DNA of 64,000 nt from assembly GCA_038496445.1 (NCBI GenBank), contig JALMLS010000596.1, positions 1-64,000 on the forward strand, given 5' to 3'. The notes under the pieces are model-generated. The model ran no database searches and was not told where the DNA came from. It was given only the letters and a program-made list of their open reading frames with translations. Position numbers and translations under genes: made by a program. This DNA is from Trichosphaerium sp. ATCC 40318. Its lineage: Eukaryota; Protista; Tubulinea. Positions 48,234 through 61,197 of this stretch are shown piece by piece; position 1 is the first letter of the stretch; each line of letters starts with the position of its first letter.

Positions 48234-49986
48234 CTATGATGGCGACATTCTTTTGACGAAGTAATTAGCCATTGTGAAGCAGCAACAGTCCATTTTCTGA
48301 TGACTACCTAGGAAGAGTTAAACATGTGGCTTTACAAAAAGCCTAGGTTGGTTACGTACGAGTTTCCCCAAGGACACATTGTATTAATAATACATGGTCC
48401 GTACTCGTTATATTGTTCCTTTGTTATACAGATTTTGGGGAAAGTTGATAACGAGCCGATAATAGAACCTCCAATCCAAGCGCCATATTTCTCTGGTGTA
48501 ACCACCTTTACTTCAGTTGTGGACGGTACCATAGCAGTAAGATCTTTTGTTAATCTATCTGCATATCCACGAAACATGGTGTTACCTCCATCAAGTACTA
48601 CATTGTTGAACATATCCTGTGCAAGAATTAATTAACAACAATAATGTGTAGGGTTCCTATCCATACATTTCTAAGATCAACGTCTACATAGCTAATTGAA
48701 TCAAATATGATATCACTAATACCCGAACCCAAATCATTATGTGAAGACTATAATACAATAGTTAATGGAAGAAAGATGGTATACCCAAAACGTACTGATA
48801 GCATTTTTTCTGTACAAAGGAAACGCTCAGTGCTAGCAGTGATGATGTGACCATCTGGTAGTTCATAACTTTCACTCCAAGCGGAAGATGAAGCATACTT
48901 TTGCATGTCCACTTCACAATCTAGAGAAATGTAGCACAACTTTTCTAAACGCTCAAAGTAAACTACAAGAAAAGAAAAACCCGACAAACCTTTAAAGTCT
49001 CTGGCAATCTCTTCATCAGCTGTTGTTGTAAACGAGTATCCTCTATCAGTGAGGAGTTGTGCCAGGTATATTGTAAGATCTCTACCACCAATATCCAGGC
49101 GTTTAATAGCGTGCATAATAGGAAAGCCTTCCTGGAAAAAAAAGGAAGTTAAAAAACTGCAAATAAAGAGCTCGTTCATAAAACATACATAAACTGGAAT
49201 AGCATGTGTAACACCATGCCCAGAATCTAATACAATGCCAGTATTTCTTTGGGCTGCATATATTGCAAGAACACCAGATACCGGTTGGTAGTATGCCGGA
49301 ACATTAAATTTCTCAAACATAATCTAAATAAAACTGAATACAAGCTTTCTTGTTGGGTTTCTCTATATATACCTGTGTGGATTTTTCTCTACTCGATTGG
49401 GTATTCAGTGGAGCTTCTGTACATATTACAGGATGTTCTTCAGGCACAATGCGTAGCTCATTGTGAAAAGTATGATGCCACACTCTTTCCATGTCATCCC
49501 AATTTGTTACTATACCATGTTCTACTGGGCTTCCTAGCATCATCATACCTGCCTTAGATACTGCTTCATCACCGACATAAATATTTCTTTCATCCATACC
49601 AACCTAAGAGAACAATTGGCAAACTCAAAAACAAATAAAACCAAACAAAGCAACTTAGAAAATTAAAGCAACTTTACCATAACGGCTGAATGTCTGCGAC
49701 GTCCTACGATTGATCGAAAAACGTAACGAGGGGCACTTTCGCCAGCCCATCCAGCCTTCATATTACGAGATGAGTTATCTATAACGATAGTCCGTGCATC
49801 ATTTTCCCAAGCACTGTTTTTAGCTTTTGACTGAGCAGATGAAGGTACTGAAGGTCTAAAGCGCTGTGAGGTTAACGAGACTACTATAGCTTACTATAAA
49901 GCGTACGTAGATACTTTTTCGCGTTCATCGTGTCCATTAGAGTTCTTTTTTCCGTTATCTATCTCAGAAGCGACTTTTACGCTCAT
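48234..49986 (-). CDS. divergent actin / actin-related protein with N- and C-terminal extensions
   Basis: [75 protein letters not shown]. Confidence 0.9.
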
Positions 49987-50944
49987 CAGTTGGGCGTTAA
50001 TCAACCGTTTCCAATCAGCAAAAATTTGACGAAAAAGAAATATCGACGGTTTACTTAACTAACTTAAGTCGGTATTTTCGTATTTGTTTCTGCGCAACAG
50101 TAACTGTAATGGAGTCATTCCGTTGTCTGTTTATTTTTGTTGTACTTATCACGTGTTGTGTTCACAGTCAATTTCTGAAAATACAACGAAAATTTGCTTA
50201 TTTTATGGATTACAATCACACCGCTTTAATTTTACTGATTAAAAATGGTAAACTGTGTTATTGTCCGCTTTAGTCAACTAGTTTTTCGCCAGTTATTTTT
50301 CGCTCTGGACGCACTTTATTTGTTGTAGTATCCATTGGAGCACTTTTTACGAGAAAAATAAGTGACGAAATACCTGGTTGCATGTAACTTGACTGAAATG
50401 GACAATATGTGAATGAGATTGCAACTTCCAAATACAATTATGAGTTATTCTTCTTCGTCGGAGGCTGAAAGTGCATGAACACCTGTAAGCTCTTGACGAT
50501 ATGTTTCCTATCTATTTAAAAAGCTACATTAAAGACCTTGTGGTTTTGCATTTACTCCAAACATAAAACACCTCTAATTTTCATTTTTTTTAAGACCCGT
50601 GATAAGCAAAAATAGTTGGCAAAGCACTTGTGTATTTTACAGCACAACTAGTAATCACATTTATAAGGCGGCCTCTCTTCAAATCGTATTAAGCACCACA
50701 TCTTCCCTTACGGTGGATGTCAAATGTTTTAGAGCTAGTCAATCGTTCAAAAAAATTGATGTAGTAAGTCTTCTCAACTGCTCAAGCTGCTACTCGTGTA
50801 GTTATTATCATTAGGCAAGACGTTTATTTACAAACCTCGAAATAAGATTATTTTGAGATTTTCCATAAGCGCGACATACCACAACTAGCGGTACACAGTT
50901 TTTTTTCTGAATGTAATAATTTAAAAAGTTTTTGTGCTCACGTG

Positions 50945-52542
50945 ATGTCCCAAACATTGCTTTTTAGTTTTTTGGTATCGTATTTACTTATAAATACGTG
51001 CGCTAGTGCCCAACGACAAGCAATATACCCAGATACTGTCTTATTTATAGTACGATCCTAGTTAGTTCCAAAAAGCTTGCTTACTATCGCGTTAGACAGA
51101 AGAGTTCACCCCTTGTAATAGCCAGCATGATAAAGACGTACTAGCGTTGCTTGAAGACAACAACATTAATGTTACATGTATAAACTCTAATTTCATTCTA
51201 AATAACGACGAGATGGTTCAAGATTACGGCGCTGTGGTATTGTTATCTTTTTTTTTTTGTATTTTTTACAATTGTGTTTAGGTTATTTCAGAGTCAGTAT
51301 TCGCTGCGTGGGTGGAAGGTGTGTTCCAATATGCTGTACCTATTTTATTGTATGAACGCGCAGCATATAACTTTATGAAACCTGACACATCATTGAGTCC
51401 AGGCGGTAACGTAAAAATAACTAAAATCACGTGCTAACGTAGGAAATAGAGTTGTTAGCTGGCCAAAGTCAGATTATGATTACAGATCCATCCAGTCCGC
51501 TTGCCGCTGGATATAGTGGTCTCACAACCATATCGAATAACCCTAGTGGTTTTCTATCTTCTATAAATAACACTGGTTCACTTGGTACAGGCGGTAGAGT
51601 AATAGCAGAAACAGCAAGTGATCCTAAAGTGCCTTCATATTTTGTTTTCGATGAGGCACGTACAATAGTTGTTCTTTGGTGACTGAACTCCAACGATTTT
51701 AATTCTTCATTAGGGTGACGAACTTGGAGATGGATCGCCAGCGCCAAGTTGTAGAATAGGATTTTTCCTTGGAGATACTTCAGGTTCTGATATAAACGAC
51801 GCAGCGAAAGCAATGCTGGTTGCTTCTGTTAGATACGTCTTAAATTGTGGTTCAGAATGTAGTGGTCCTCCTCCTTTCATAGGAGCTTATTGTGAAGCCA
51901 ACGAATGGAAGATAGATCTTGATGTTATTGTAGTAGACACAATTATCCTCGTCGACAACATTACCGTAAATGGAGACGTCACTGTTGCTTCAGGAGGTCA
52001 ATTGGTGCTTGAGAAGAGTGTATCGGTAAGTTTTCTTATTTTTGGCGTGGCACCCACGTGATTTTGACATGTTTTATTTTTAAAGGTGTCTGTGAGCGGT
52101 TGTTTGGATCTTAAAGGAACATTAGTATTTAATGAAACGCTCAGCGATGGAGAAGATATTGTTTTGGTTTCGTTCAATAATGAAAGCACTTGTATTGATG
52201 TGAGTAACGTGGAAGTCATTAATAACGGTGATAATGGATGTGGAGAGGTTCAAAGAAGACACAGCTCACTTATTTTTGTGTTCAATCGATGTGAAAGCAA
52301 TGACACTGACGTACGCGCTCTCTTTGCGCTTTTTCTTTGATTGAAATCTTTTTTTTTTTTTGCCTTGCATACACTTCTTTGAAAATCACGTGATTTTCTT
52401 GTTGACGACTTTATTTTAGACTGGACTTGGTATTGGTGTTATTGTTGGTATAGTTTTGGCTATTATTGCTGTCATTGCTATAGCTGTTGCAGTAGTTGCT
52501 ATTAAGCCAGTGAGAAGTAGCTTGCTTCCTTATACGCCCTAA
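50945..52542 (+). CDS. single-pass type I membrane protein
   Basis: N-terminal signal, beta-rich ectodomain with Cys, C-terminal TM GLGIGVIVGIVLAIIAVIAIAVAVVAI. Confidence 0.7.
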
Positions 52543-52896
52543 AGGCGCTGTACAATAAATGTTTTTCTTTTTATTATAATGTACGACAAATCACATTAAG
52601 AATAGAAAAGGTAGTACAAAGTCAAGGCTGGAGTGACAATTTTTTTACATTTTAATAGAACCTTACTCCACTTGTATGGTGCGTCTCATTTACAACCTCG
52701 TACTTTAAAGCAATGAGAAATACGGAATAAGAAAGCCTTCTAACTAAAGAAAAATAGAAAAGAAAAGTGACAAGTGCACTGTTAAAGGAAACCAAAAAAG
52801 AAAGTTGGAACTCGAGTCAAAAAAAACTAACTAACTAATACTAAGAAAAACTAAATTACATTTACAGGTCAAATTCTACAACTACCGTATCTACTA

Positions 52897-53957
52897 CTAC
52901 GGTACCTCTTGTGGTAAACTATGATTCCAACGTATTTCAGTCATCTCATAGCTTTGAAAAGGCATATCAATTGCAGGGTAATACTGTAATTGAAGAACTT
53001 TAAATTCCTTAAACTTTTTGATTGCCTTATGTGTGAATGTAACACGACAAGTTTGATTTGGTTGAAACATTGCTTCCAACTCTACTTCATCACCATTATC
53101 AGCTCTAATACAATCAAAAGACATATTCTTTGTGAGTGACTTCCCATGGAAGCAATTACATTTCTCTTCATTTTGTGTTGTTAATCCAAAAGTCACTTTT
53201 GTCATTGAGTTTGAAGGTACTTTAGTGAACCATAGCTTCCATCTATACTGACCTTCTGCCTTTATAGGTGCTCCATAAGCTGATCCATATTTACCCATAT
53301 GTTTAATAACACTACAATCTGTTGTTTCTAATAGATGAAGACCTTTGAAAGCGATTATAGAATAGTTTAGTTGTTTTACTGATAAATTATAAAACTCAAT
53401 ATCTTCTTTGAATATTTCACGTTCAAGTGGTGTCATTAGATCTAAATGGACTTTCTGACCTCTTAAGTGTTGTAAAACATGTCTGAAGGCCGTGGGATCT
53501 CGATCTAAAGACTGAAGATAAGACAGTGAAATCAATAAAACTTCGCAAAAGGAAAGCATTTGACTTTTTCAAGTTTTGCATTTTTATCTCTTTCTGTTTT
53601 TGACGTAAGAGTCAATTGTTCACGTGACAATTAGCTCGGTTATAAACAGATATAACGTACCTATGAAGAAAGTACCATCTTCTCCTGGTTCGACGTTAAA
53701 TTTGCCCGAAAACATGGCACCAAAAAAATTATTGGATCGCTCTGTAGGGTGCTAAGTGACGTTGTAAAGTATGTGCCACCAATATCTAGCTTGATTTTTG
53801 ATGGGAAATGTACTTTTTCGAGCTGTTTGGCCACTTGTAGATCAGCTTGAGCTCTTTTTTCTATTTTTTGATTTTCGATGCTTAACGCTTGCTCGACTGC
53901 ACTTAACCTCCTCTGGAGCTCTGCCAAAAGGGATATTGTGCCCGATATTTGTTCCAT
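52897..53957 (-). CDS. BTB/POZ (KCTD-type) protein with N-terminal coiled coil and C-terminal SPRY-like region
   Basis: IKLDIGGTYFTTSLSTL, FFGAMFSG, FFIDRDPTAFRHVLQHLR; single-base frameshift at T-run ~53725. Confidence 0.85.
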
Positions 53958-54320
53958 ACAGCTATTTTCTATTCAAACTAGCGACAAAGCTAGCTAAATC
54001 GCGTTAACAAGTAATTTCGCTCCAAACTGATTAGTTAGTTAATTTTACGCGTCATTGAACGTCAAACGTTAACGTACTATCACCTCAACAGCAAAAAAAG
54101 AATTCCACTTGTTTTATGTTTGCTTAGCGTTGAACCACTGTTTATCAAATCTTTCAAGCACCTCTCAAGTGTAACTAACGTTTTAAATGGAAAAATGTGA
54201 AAAACCATCGTTGACCAACGCAAACGCTCCCTTATTTTTGCTTAGCGCTGACGAAGTGCATGGCAAACTCTTGAACCGGTTGAATCGTTCGCACACATCG
54301 TTAAAAAATTTTCTTTTGTT

Positions 54321-57300
54321 TTATTCATAATTTACATCAACTTCATCGTCTCCATCCTCCGGTGTAGGGTATCCCATATTCATAGGTCTACCGTTACGAT
54401 ATGTATTATCACTACCATCACTGCCTTCAGAGACTGCTATAAGAGCTCTTGGTGGAGGCAATGGTGCAGGCATTGCCGGTCCTCTTGGAAGAGGAAGATT
54501 CGACATCATATGAATGTAATCATCTTGAATACTTGGTTGCCTCTCACGTTGGTAGTTTCTTTGAGGTTGTATCTGTGGTTTCTTAGTAGTAGTTTGAATA
54601 CGACCACCGCCACCAATATTACGTTTTTTCTGTACTGGTTTTACATTGTTGTTCAACCTAGGGTTACCTTGACTTGAACGCATCCAATAGTCTGCGAATA
54701 CCATACAAAGTGCTTTAAACGAAGGACGCTCTTGAGGATCTTTGTTCCAACACCAAGCCAATAAGGTTTTCAAAAATTGAGGACACATCTCTGGTACATC
54801 AGGTGTTATAGCACGTGTTCTATAGCATTCATTGTTGGTAAAAAGTTGTCAAAGAAAAAAGTATTCCATTCAAAAAAAAAAACTCACTTGATAGCCAGAG
54901 CGAGTGAAACTAGATCAGGCCAGCTTGAGTGTGGATCTTGTTCTGTTAGAATTTCCCTTTTAGAGCTTATTAATTTTGGGGTTTTTTTGAACGGTTGTGA
55001 CGTACCATGCGACAATGCCAAATGACCACATATCTGTTGCTTGTGAATAAACACCTTCAATACTCTCAGGAGCCTATAAAATCCTTAAGTCAGTTGTACA
55101 ATAGCTACGGCACTCAAATATGTCATACCATCCATGCTATAGGCCCCATGACAGTATCTGAAGTTCCTCCGTACTGAACAGAGTCTACCTTCCTTGACAA
55201 ACCCTTTTGTTGTTAGTACTTGTAATTTTATAGTAAAGTTATCATCGTACAAAGTCGGCTATTTTAGGTGTACTATCAGCACCAATGAGTATGTTACCTA
55301 TTATTTACATTAAAAACATCACAAAGAACGAAACAGAGGAAAAGAAATGAAACGTACGTGCTGCAAGATCTCTATGAATAACATTCTGTTCATGCAAATA
55401 AAACATGCCGTGGCTATGCATATACTATTAGCGGTCATGTACTTACTCTCTTTGACATCCGTACATAACACCAACCATAATATCTTCTTTTTCACGAGGT
55501 GTAACATCATTATCATGCATGTAGGTAAGTAAATTTCCTATCACGTGTCAACTAACAGGTAAAAAAAAAAGAGAAACTATTACCTTTTTCAGCGTATTCC
55601 AATACCATTATGGCACAGTGTTGATGTGTACAGTATCCCAATATTTGTACAACATTAGGGTGAGGTCTAAGCTTGCTAAAACAACGAGTTAACTAAGAAA
55701 CGAGAGCTATCGTGGCACATTTTTCGAAAAATCAAAAAACCAACATTTGGCCATACCACATAAGGTGCACTTCTCGGAGAATGCCAGCCATATCGTCTTC
55801 ATCAAATACAGGAACTGTTTGCTTTATTGCAACAGTTGTATACTTAAACCGTCCTTTAAAAACGGTAGCAAAGCCACCTTTACCCAATTGTACTTCAGGA
55901 CGTAAATCCTGATATGTTATCAACCAAGGATCTGTTGTATTCTTTTTATATTCTGGTTTGACTATATCTTCAGAAAGAGATACTTGCCTAAATTAAACAT
56001 AAGACTCAAAAAACGGTAAAATCATTAAAAAGTGTACAATTCAAAAAACAAAAACAAGCGCCACACTATAGTATTTATCATAAAACAAACTGTTTGTGGG
56101 TTTTTTAGAATAATTAAATATAATGGGCGAAGCTAAATTGGAAGATTTTCAGTGCAATGTAGTGATAGTTTACACCAAAAAAAAATAAGCAAAAAAAATT
56201 TAAAGATTCACAAGTATTTCGAATTCTAGACTTGGTTGATGCGAAAATTGTTGTAGTTTTGTATGTATATAAATGCTTACCCTAGAGGCACTCCTTCTGG
56301 CTCAATAAGAATAGTATTAGGTCTTTTAGGCTTAATATAATAACGGTTGATGCAGAAAAATATAAGAAATCCTCCCAAAGCAACAAACGTAATAATTCCA
56401 AAAGCAACCACAGTAAGTATAACGGGCTGTGATGATTCTTCTTTTGGCGCTTCACACTCAGCACGATATTCTAAATCAATTTTGTTTTCTGAGTTACTTA
56501 CTAGTAGACATTAATGAGCATTAAAACAAACAAGCAATCAAACAAAACAAAAAAAAATGAAAGAAAAGTTTTGTTGATGTTTTGATTATTTGATTGACAG
56601 ATGACGCATGGTGTCAAGGCACTTGCTCATGTTTCAAGAAAAACACATCTTTAGTACCTCTAGTTTTGAGTAATATACATCTATCAGAAGCTGATTCAGG
56701 AGTTGATTGTACTGTACTAGAACTGCTGGAGCAGTTTGAATATAAAGGCGATACGATTTGTCGGAAGTCTGTATTAAGGCTAACAAATAAAACATTGCCT
56801 GTGCCTAGTTTTGGCGTGCAATCCACCACGTTAATAAAGATCAACTCTTGCTGTACATCACGCTTATTCTTAACGGTTTGAGATCCGAAACCTTTTAAGA
56901 TCAAATCGTCAATAAGAGCTTCGGAATCGTCATTTGAACTATGCTCTAAGCGAATGACCATGTTTGCGTTCAAAGAGAGCTCGTTGTTCGTCAACGTTAT
57001 TTGTTGCCAATCCTTCGAGGCAGGTAACGTAATAGGTATTCTCCTAGTATCACTTGCTTGAACCCAAGCCTTTAGGCCGCCTTTTTAAGATTAATACAAA
57101 AACAGCAATTACACTAACCATTATTAAACATGTTAAAGCTGAGAGTAGCGTCGTGCAACGAACTAGTGTCTACAGCAAACTCCATGAACGAATGCTTTGA
57201 AATGTTAGCTTCTGGCTCGTTTATACGCGCAGTACCTTTCTTAATTGAAGACAACGCGAAGTACAGATCGGGTTTAGGCCAATTGTGGCAAAATTGCTCC

Positions 57301-57412
57301 AAAGTACTGAATTATCGATGCTATCCTCGTCAAAATCTACTACCTTCACTACAGTGCTCTGAAAATGCGCCAGGTAAATGAAGGTAGCGATTAGCGCGAA
57401 GCGCGTAATCAT
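54321..57412 (-). CDS. receptor tyrosine kinase-like protein
   Basis: Signal peptide, TM ~56330-56430, LGKGGFATV, VAIK, HRDLAARNIL, DFGLSR, GPIAWMAPES, CWNKDPQERPSF, Tyr/Pro-rich tail. Confidence 0.9.
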
Positions 57413-57559
57413 TTTGCAAGCGATTATAAAACACTACAATAATTATCTGAGACGCAGCAACGCGTTTATTACTCCGTAACTAACTTTATCAACAGAAAAA
57501 TCGTACTGAGTCTTCAGTTAGTCAAACTTCAACAAAAAAAGACAAAACACGCGTTTTAT

Positions 57560-58590
57560 TCACTCTTTTATGCATACAATTGTAGTTACAGGACGTACAC
57601 ACGACGGGAAAATAATATCATTGCATGTGGGATGATCGTAGACACGATTTTTGTACCACAAAGCTGTGCTTCCGCCTGTTTTCAAAAAAAAAAAAGTTAT
57701 TTTTTCTGATGTTGTCCAAAAAAAGTGACATGTGTACCTCCATCTAGGTTAACTACGTTATACCCACCAAGACCAAGTGCCCATACAGCTGTTTCGTATA
57801 GTGTTGTACCAATAGGAGGATCATCTGAAAGACAAATCTGTCAACCCAAAAAAAGAAAAGTTGAGATCTCTTACGTAGCTCTACACCATCAATAACAAAA
57901 ATAAATAGTTGTCCTTCCTTTGTTGTACCAATGATTGTCCTTGGGGCTATCTGGCCACCCTGTAGAGTCAAGTTACACAATGTGACATTTTAAACAAAGT
58001 ATTTCGCTTACTGTTGCTGGTTGTACTTCACCTTCCTTTACTAGCCAATCAAAAGACGAAGCAAGTTGTTCAAAACCAAGAGAATCAATTTCTTCGCCTG
58101 TCAATTCGCCAATGATAAAATTTCCGTCTGTGGTTATGCCAAAGTTTTCATGTGGGTATGTTTTAGAAGTCTACAAAGGGAATTGAGACTTGGTGACGTT
58201 CTTTCCACTTTTTTTTGTACCAACACACGTTTTCCATCAGAAACGATATTTCCCAAGCAAGTTGGCGATTTGAAGCTAAATGGACTTGCATTTACAGCCA
58301 ACGAGCAATTGTGGGTTTTAGCTTGTTCATCTGTCTTAATACGTCCTGATATGGTATTAAGCACGCATTGCGGGCGTTTACGCACCATCACAAGTTCCAC
58401 TATCAGTTTCTGGATAATACACATGGAAATGTCCTGTTGGATTGTTTATTATCGCAAGGTATCCCTTTACGCCATTTTTACTGACATTTGTGACATTAAC
58501 GCTGAAAGATCCTCCAACCTGCGCCTTTTGCGTAATGAATGCAGCAGTCGCAGAAACGATCAACGTAATGACTATAAGGTGGAAATTCAT
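57560..58590 (-). CDS. NAGPA: phosphodiester glycosidase (NAGPA/uncovering enzyme family)
   Basis: Signal peptide; AVNASPF, CLGNIVSDG, FGIT.DG, APRTIIG, VIDG, VNLDGGGST, CVRPVTTIVCI. Confidence 0.85.
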
Positions 58591-58656
58591 GACGAATGAT
58601 CAGAGCTAAACGGCTTACAGACTTCTGACTTAACGCTTTGAAGTACTTTAATTTCT

Positions 58657-59833
58657 TTAACAAACAGCCTCCAAGAACATATTCTTTAACCGTGCTGCAT
58701 CTACTTTCATCAATACTTTAACGTTGGTATCCTTTCCGCTTTGACCATACAGATCTGCAACTGTTTGTCCACGTGTTAAGTTATCCGTTGATATTTCAAC
58801 AAAAAGATCCTACGAAATGCGTCATTAATATATAAATTAAGAGTTGCCACGGACTTTGTGTTCAAAAAGATTGGGTTCAATGGCATACGCCATTGTTACA
58901 GCATCGTTCCATTGTATCCCTTCCTTAAATCGGTTGCATGAAATATAGAAACGTTGCAAACAAGGTGACATTTTTGCAAGAAATTCTGTCATTTCTCTTT
59001 TCGATGACAGTACGCGATTGTATTCATCCTATATGTGCTAAGAGGAGAAGAAATAAAAACCAACGTACTTTATTAAATACAACACTGCTACACACATTCA
59101 GACCAACCTGCACAAGCGGAGCACCTGAATTATAAACAATTTTTGCTATTAAGTTTTAAGTCTTGCTTGTACACTTCAATACACATACCTGCAATATCAT
59201 CGTAGTACAAGTTAGCAGTAGCTGTAGAAGAAATATTCCCGTAGCATCCTATAGCACCACCCATAATCAATATCTCCTACATATGTCATTTATGTGCACG
59301 TGACTAGACACGCAATTTTTCAAAATTAAACTGCTTTCACCCGTACCTTGACGTTCACAGCTACCTTTGGCTCTGTAGCAAGTGCCAGAGCCACATTGGT
59401 TAAAGGCCCTAAGGCTACGAGAGTAATATCACCAGGAGTAGCCATTATAAGCTCTATAATCTTGAAGACAGCACTTTCACTTTCAACAGTATTTTTTGGA
59501 TCGTCAAATTGTACGTCACCAAAAGCGTTTTGCCCATGTACTTCTGCTCCATCTGTTGGTAGAGGCCTTAGTATTGGCTTGGAACTACCCTTTTAGAAAT
59601 ATTTAGCTCAAAACCGCTGCAAATCGCCTTAGTACCTTATAAACTGGTGTTTTACGCCCAGACTGTTCAACAATCTTCAGGGCGTTCCTTGTTGTGTCAT
59701 CAATGTTGCCGTTGCCAAATACCGTTGTGAAAGCCTCAATATGTAAACTAGGTGTCCTTAAAGCCCATAATATAGCAGCGTAGTCATCAATACCAGGGTC
59801 AGTGTCAATGATTATCCTTCTTGAAGCGGCCAT
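58657..59833 (-). CDS. inosine/uridine-preferring nucleoside hydrolase family protein
   Basis: IIIDTDPGIDD, TTVFGN, VHGQNAFG, LGPLTNVALA, IMGG, TRGQTVAD. Confidence 0.92.
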
Positions 59834-59909
59834 TTGTTGAAATTATACTTTTGTTTGACCAAACTCCCACAAATTCCACCAAAAAAGTGTCAACACTTGT
59901 TTACTAAGA

Positions 59910-61049
59910 ATGAGGTTAGCCACGCGAGCGTACTGTATCCCTTCTGGTAACGAAAGCTTTGCAAGTTGATATCAGTGTACTGAAATGTTACAGGCAGCTG
60001 GGGCGGGATTAGAAAGCGCAGGTTGACTAATGCGACTATGGTTGCGCAGCTAAAGAGGTTTTGAGGTTTTCAGATCAATAGACTCTAAAACAGTGCTAGA
60101 GCGAAGGTCATAAAGTCTGAGAGTGTTGAAAAAGCTATGTTAGCGGTTGATAGAAAAGACTTTTGTCGAGCTGATTTATTCGCTTACAGAGACTCACCAC
60201 AGTCTATTGGTACGCTTGAGTATCCCAATAAATCCATTATTTGCGTATAAGGCGGCTAATGATATTTCAGGTTTGGGTCAGACAATAAGCGCACCACATA
60301 TGCATGCTATGGCGCTTGAAATACTATCGGAAAATATACATAGCTCCTCAAAGGCATGTTGAACTCAAACTGACACGTTTAAATGTCAGATTTAAATTTT
60401 CTAATTGACGCACAGTTATTAGACGTAGGATCCGGCTCTGGCTACTTGTCGGCATGTATAGCACATATGGTAAAACAGGGCGAGTAAGGAAACAACAAAC
60501 TAACAACCTGAGGTAGATATCCGCAGATCCCAACTCTAAAGTTGAAGGAAAATGCATAGGCTTGGAATATTTAGATGGTATGTTATATCTTTTTGTCTGT
60601 CAAGTATCTATTTGCCTAATATGACAGAGCTGGTATCTTGGGGTACAGAAAACATAAGAAAGAGTAATGGACAATGGCTAGACAACGGTATACTGACACT
60701 ACAACGTATGCTGCAGCCGAAAAAATAAAATAAATTTTAATCACGTTGTTAGGAGGTAACGGTTGGGAAGGCTTGCCTGAAGAGGCTCCATTCGATGCTA
60801 TTCATGTAGGAGCAGCAGCAGAGAGTACGATATCACCATCCGTATGCGTGTATGGTTGCTTACTGGATCGTTATAGCGCTACCGCTAAAACTAGTAAAGC
60901 AGTTAAAGAATGGTGGCGTGATGATTGTGCCTGTAGGCGCACAAGGTCAACCTCAGGATTTGGTTGTTGTTCGTAAAGACGCTGAAGGAAACACCACACA
61001 GGAGGATGTTATTCAAGTTGCTTATGTACCATTGGTGGCAAAGACGTAA
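59910..61049 (+). CDS. PCMT1: protein-L-isoaspartate O-methyltransferase
   Basis: TISAPHMHAMALE, LDVGSGSGYL, GLPEEAPFDAIHVGAAA, QLKNGGVMIVPVG, VAYVPL. Confidence 0.95.
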
Positions 61050-61197
61050 AAAAGTCTTTATCAGTCAAAAACAAAAATTGTAAATTAAGAAAAACGAAAC
61101 CAAAAGCTTTTATTTCTGTGTTTATTGCTCCAAATTATTGCGTTACGCAAAAGAACTTCTGATTTTATAAGATAAGCATGATTTTGTGACGATTGGG

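Noticed and set aside
59936-59946. gtatcccttc as a U12-type donor in the PIMT first intron
   Set aside because: Imperfect match to GTATCCTT, no TCCTTAAC branch site, and an in-phase GTAACG donor lies nearby
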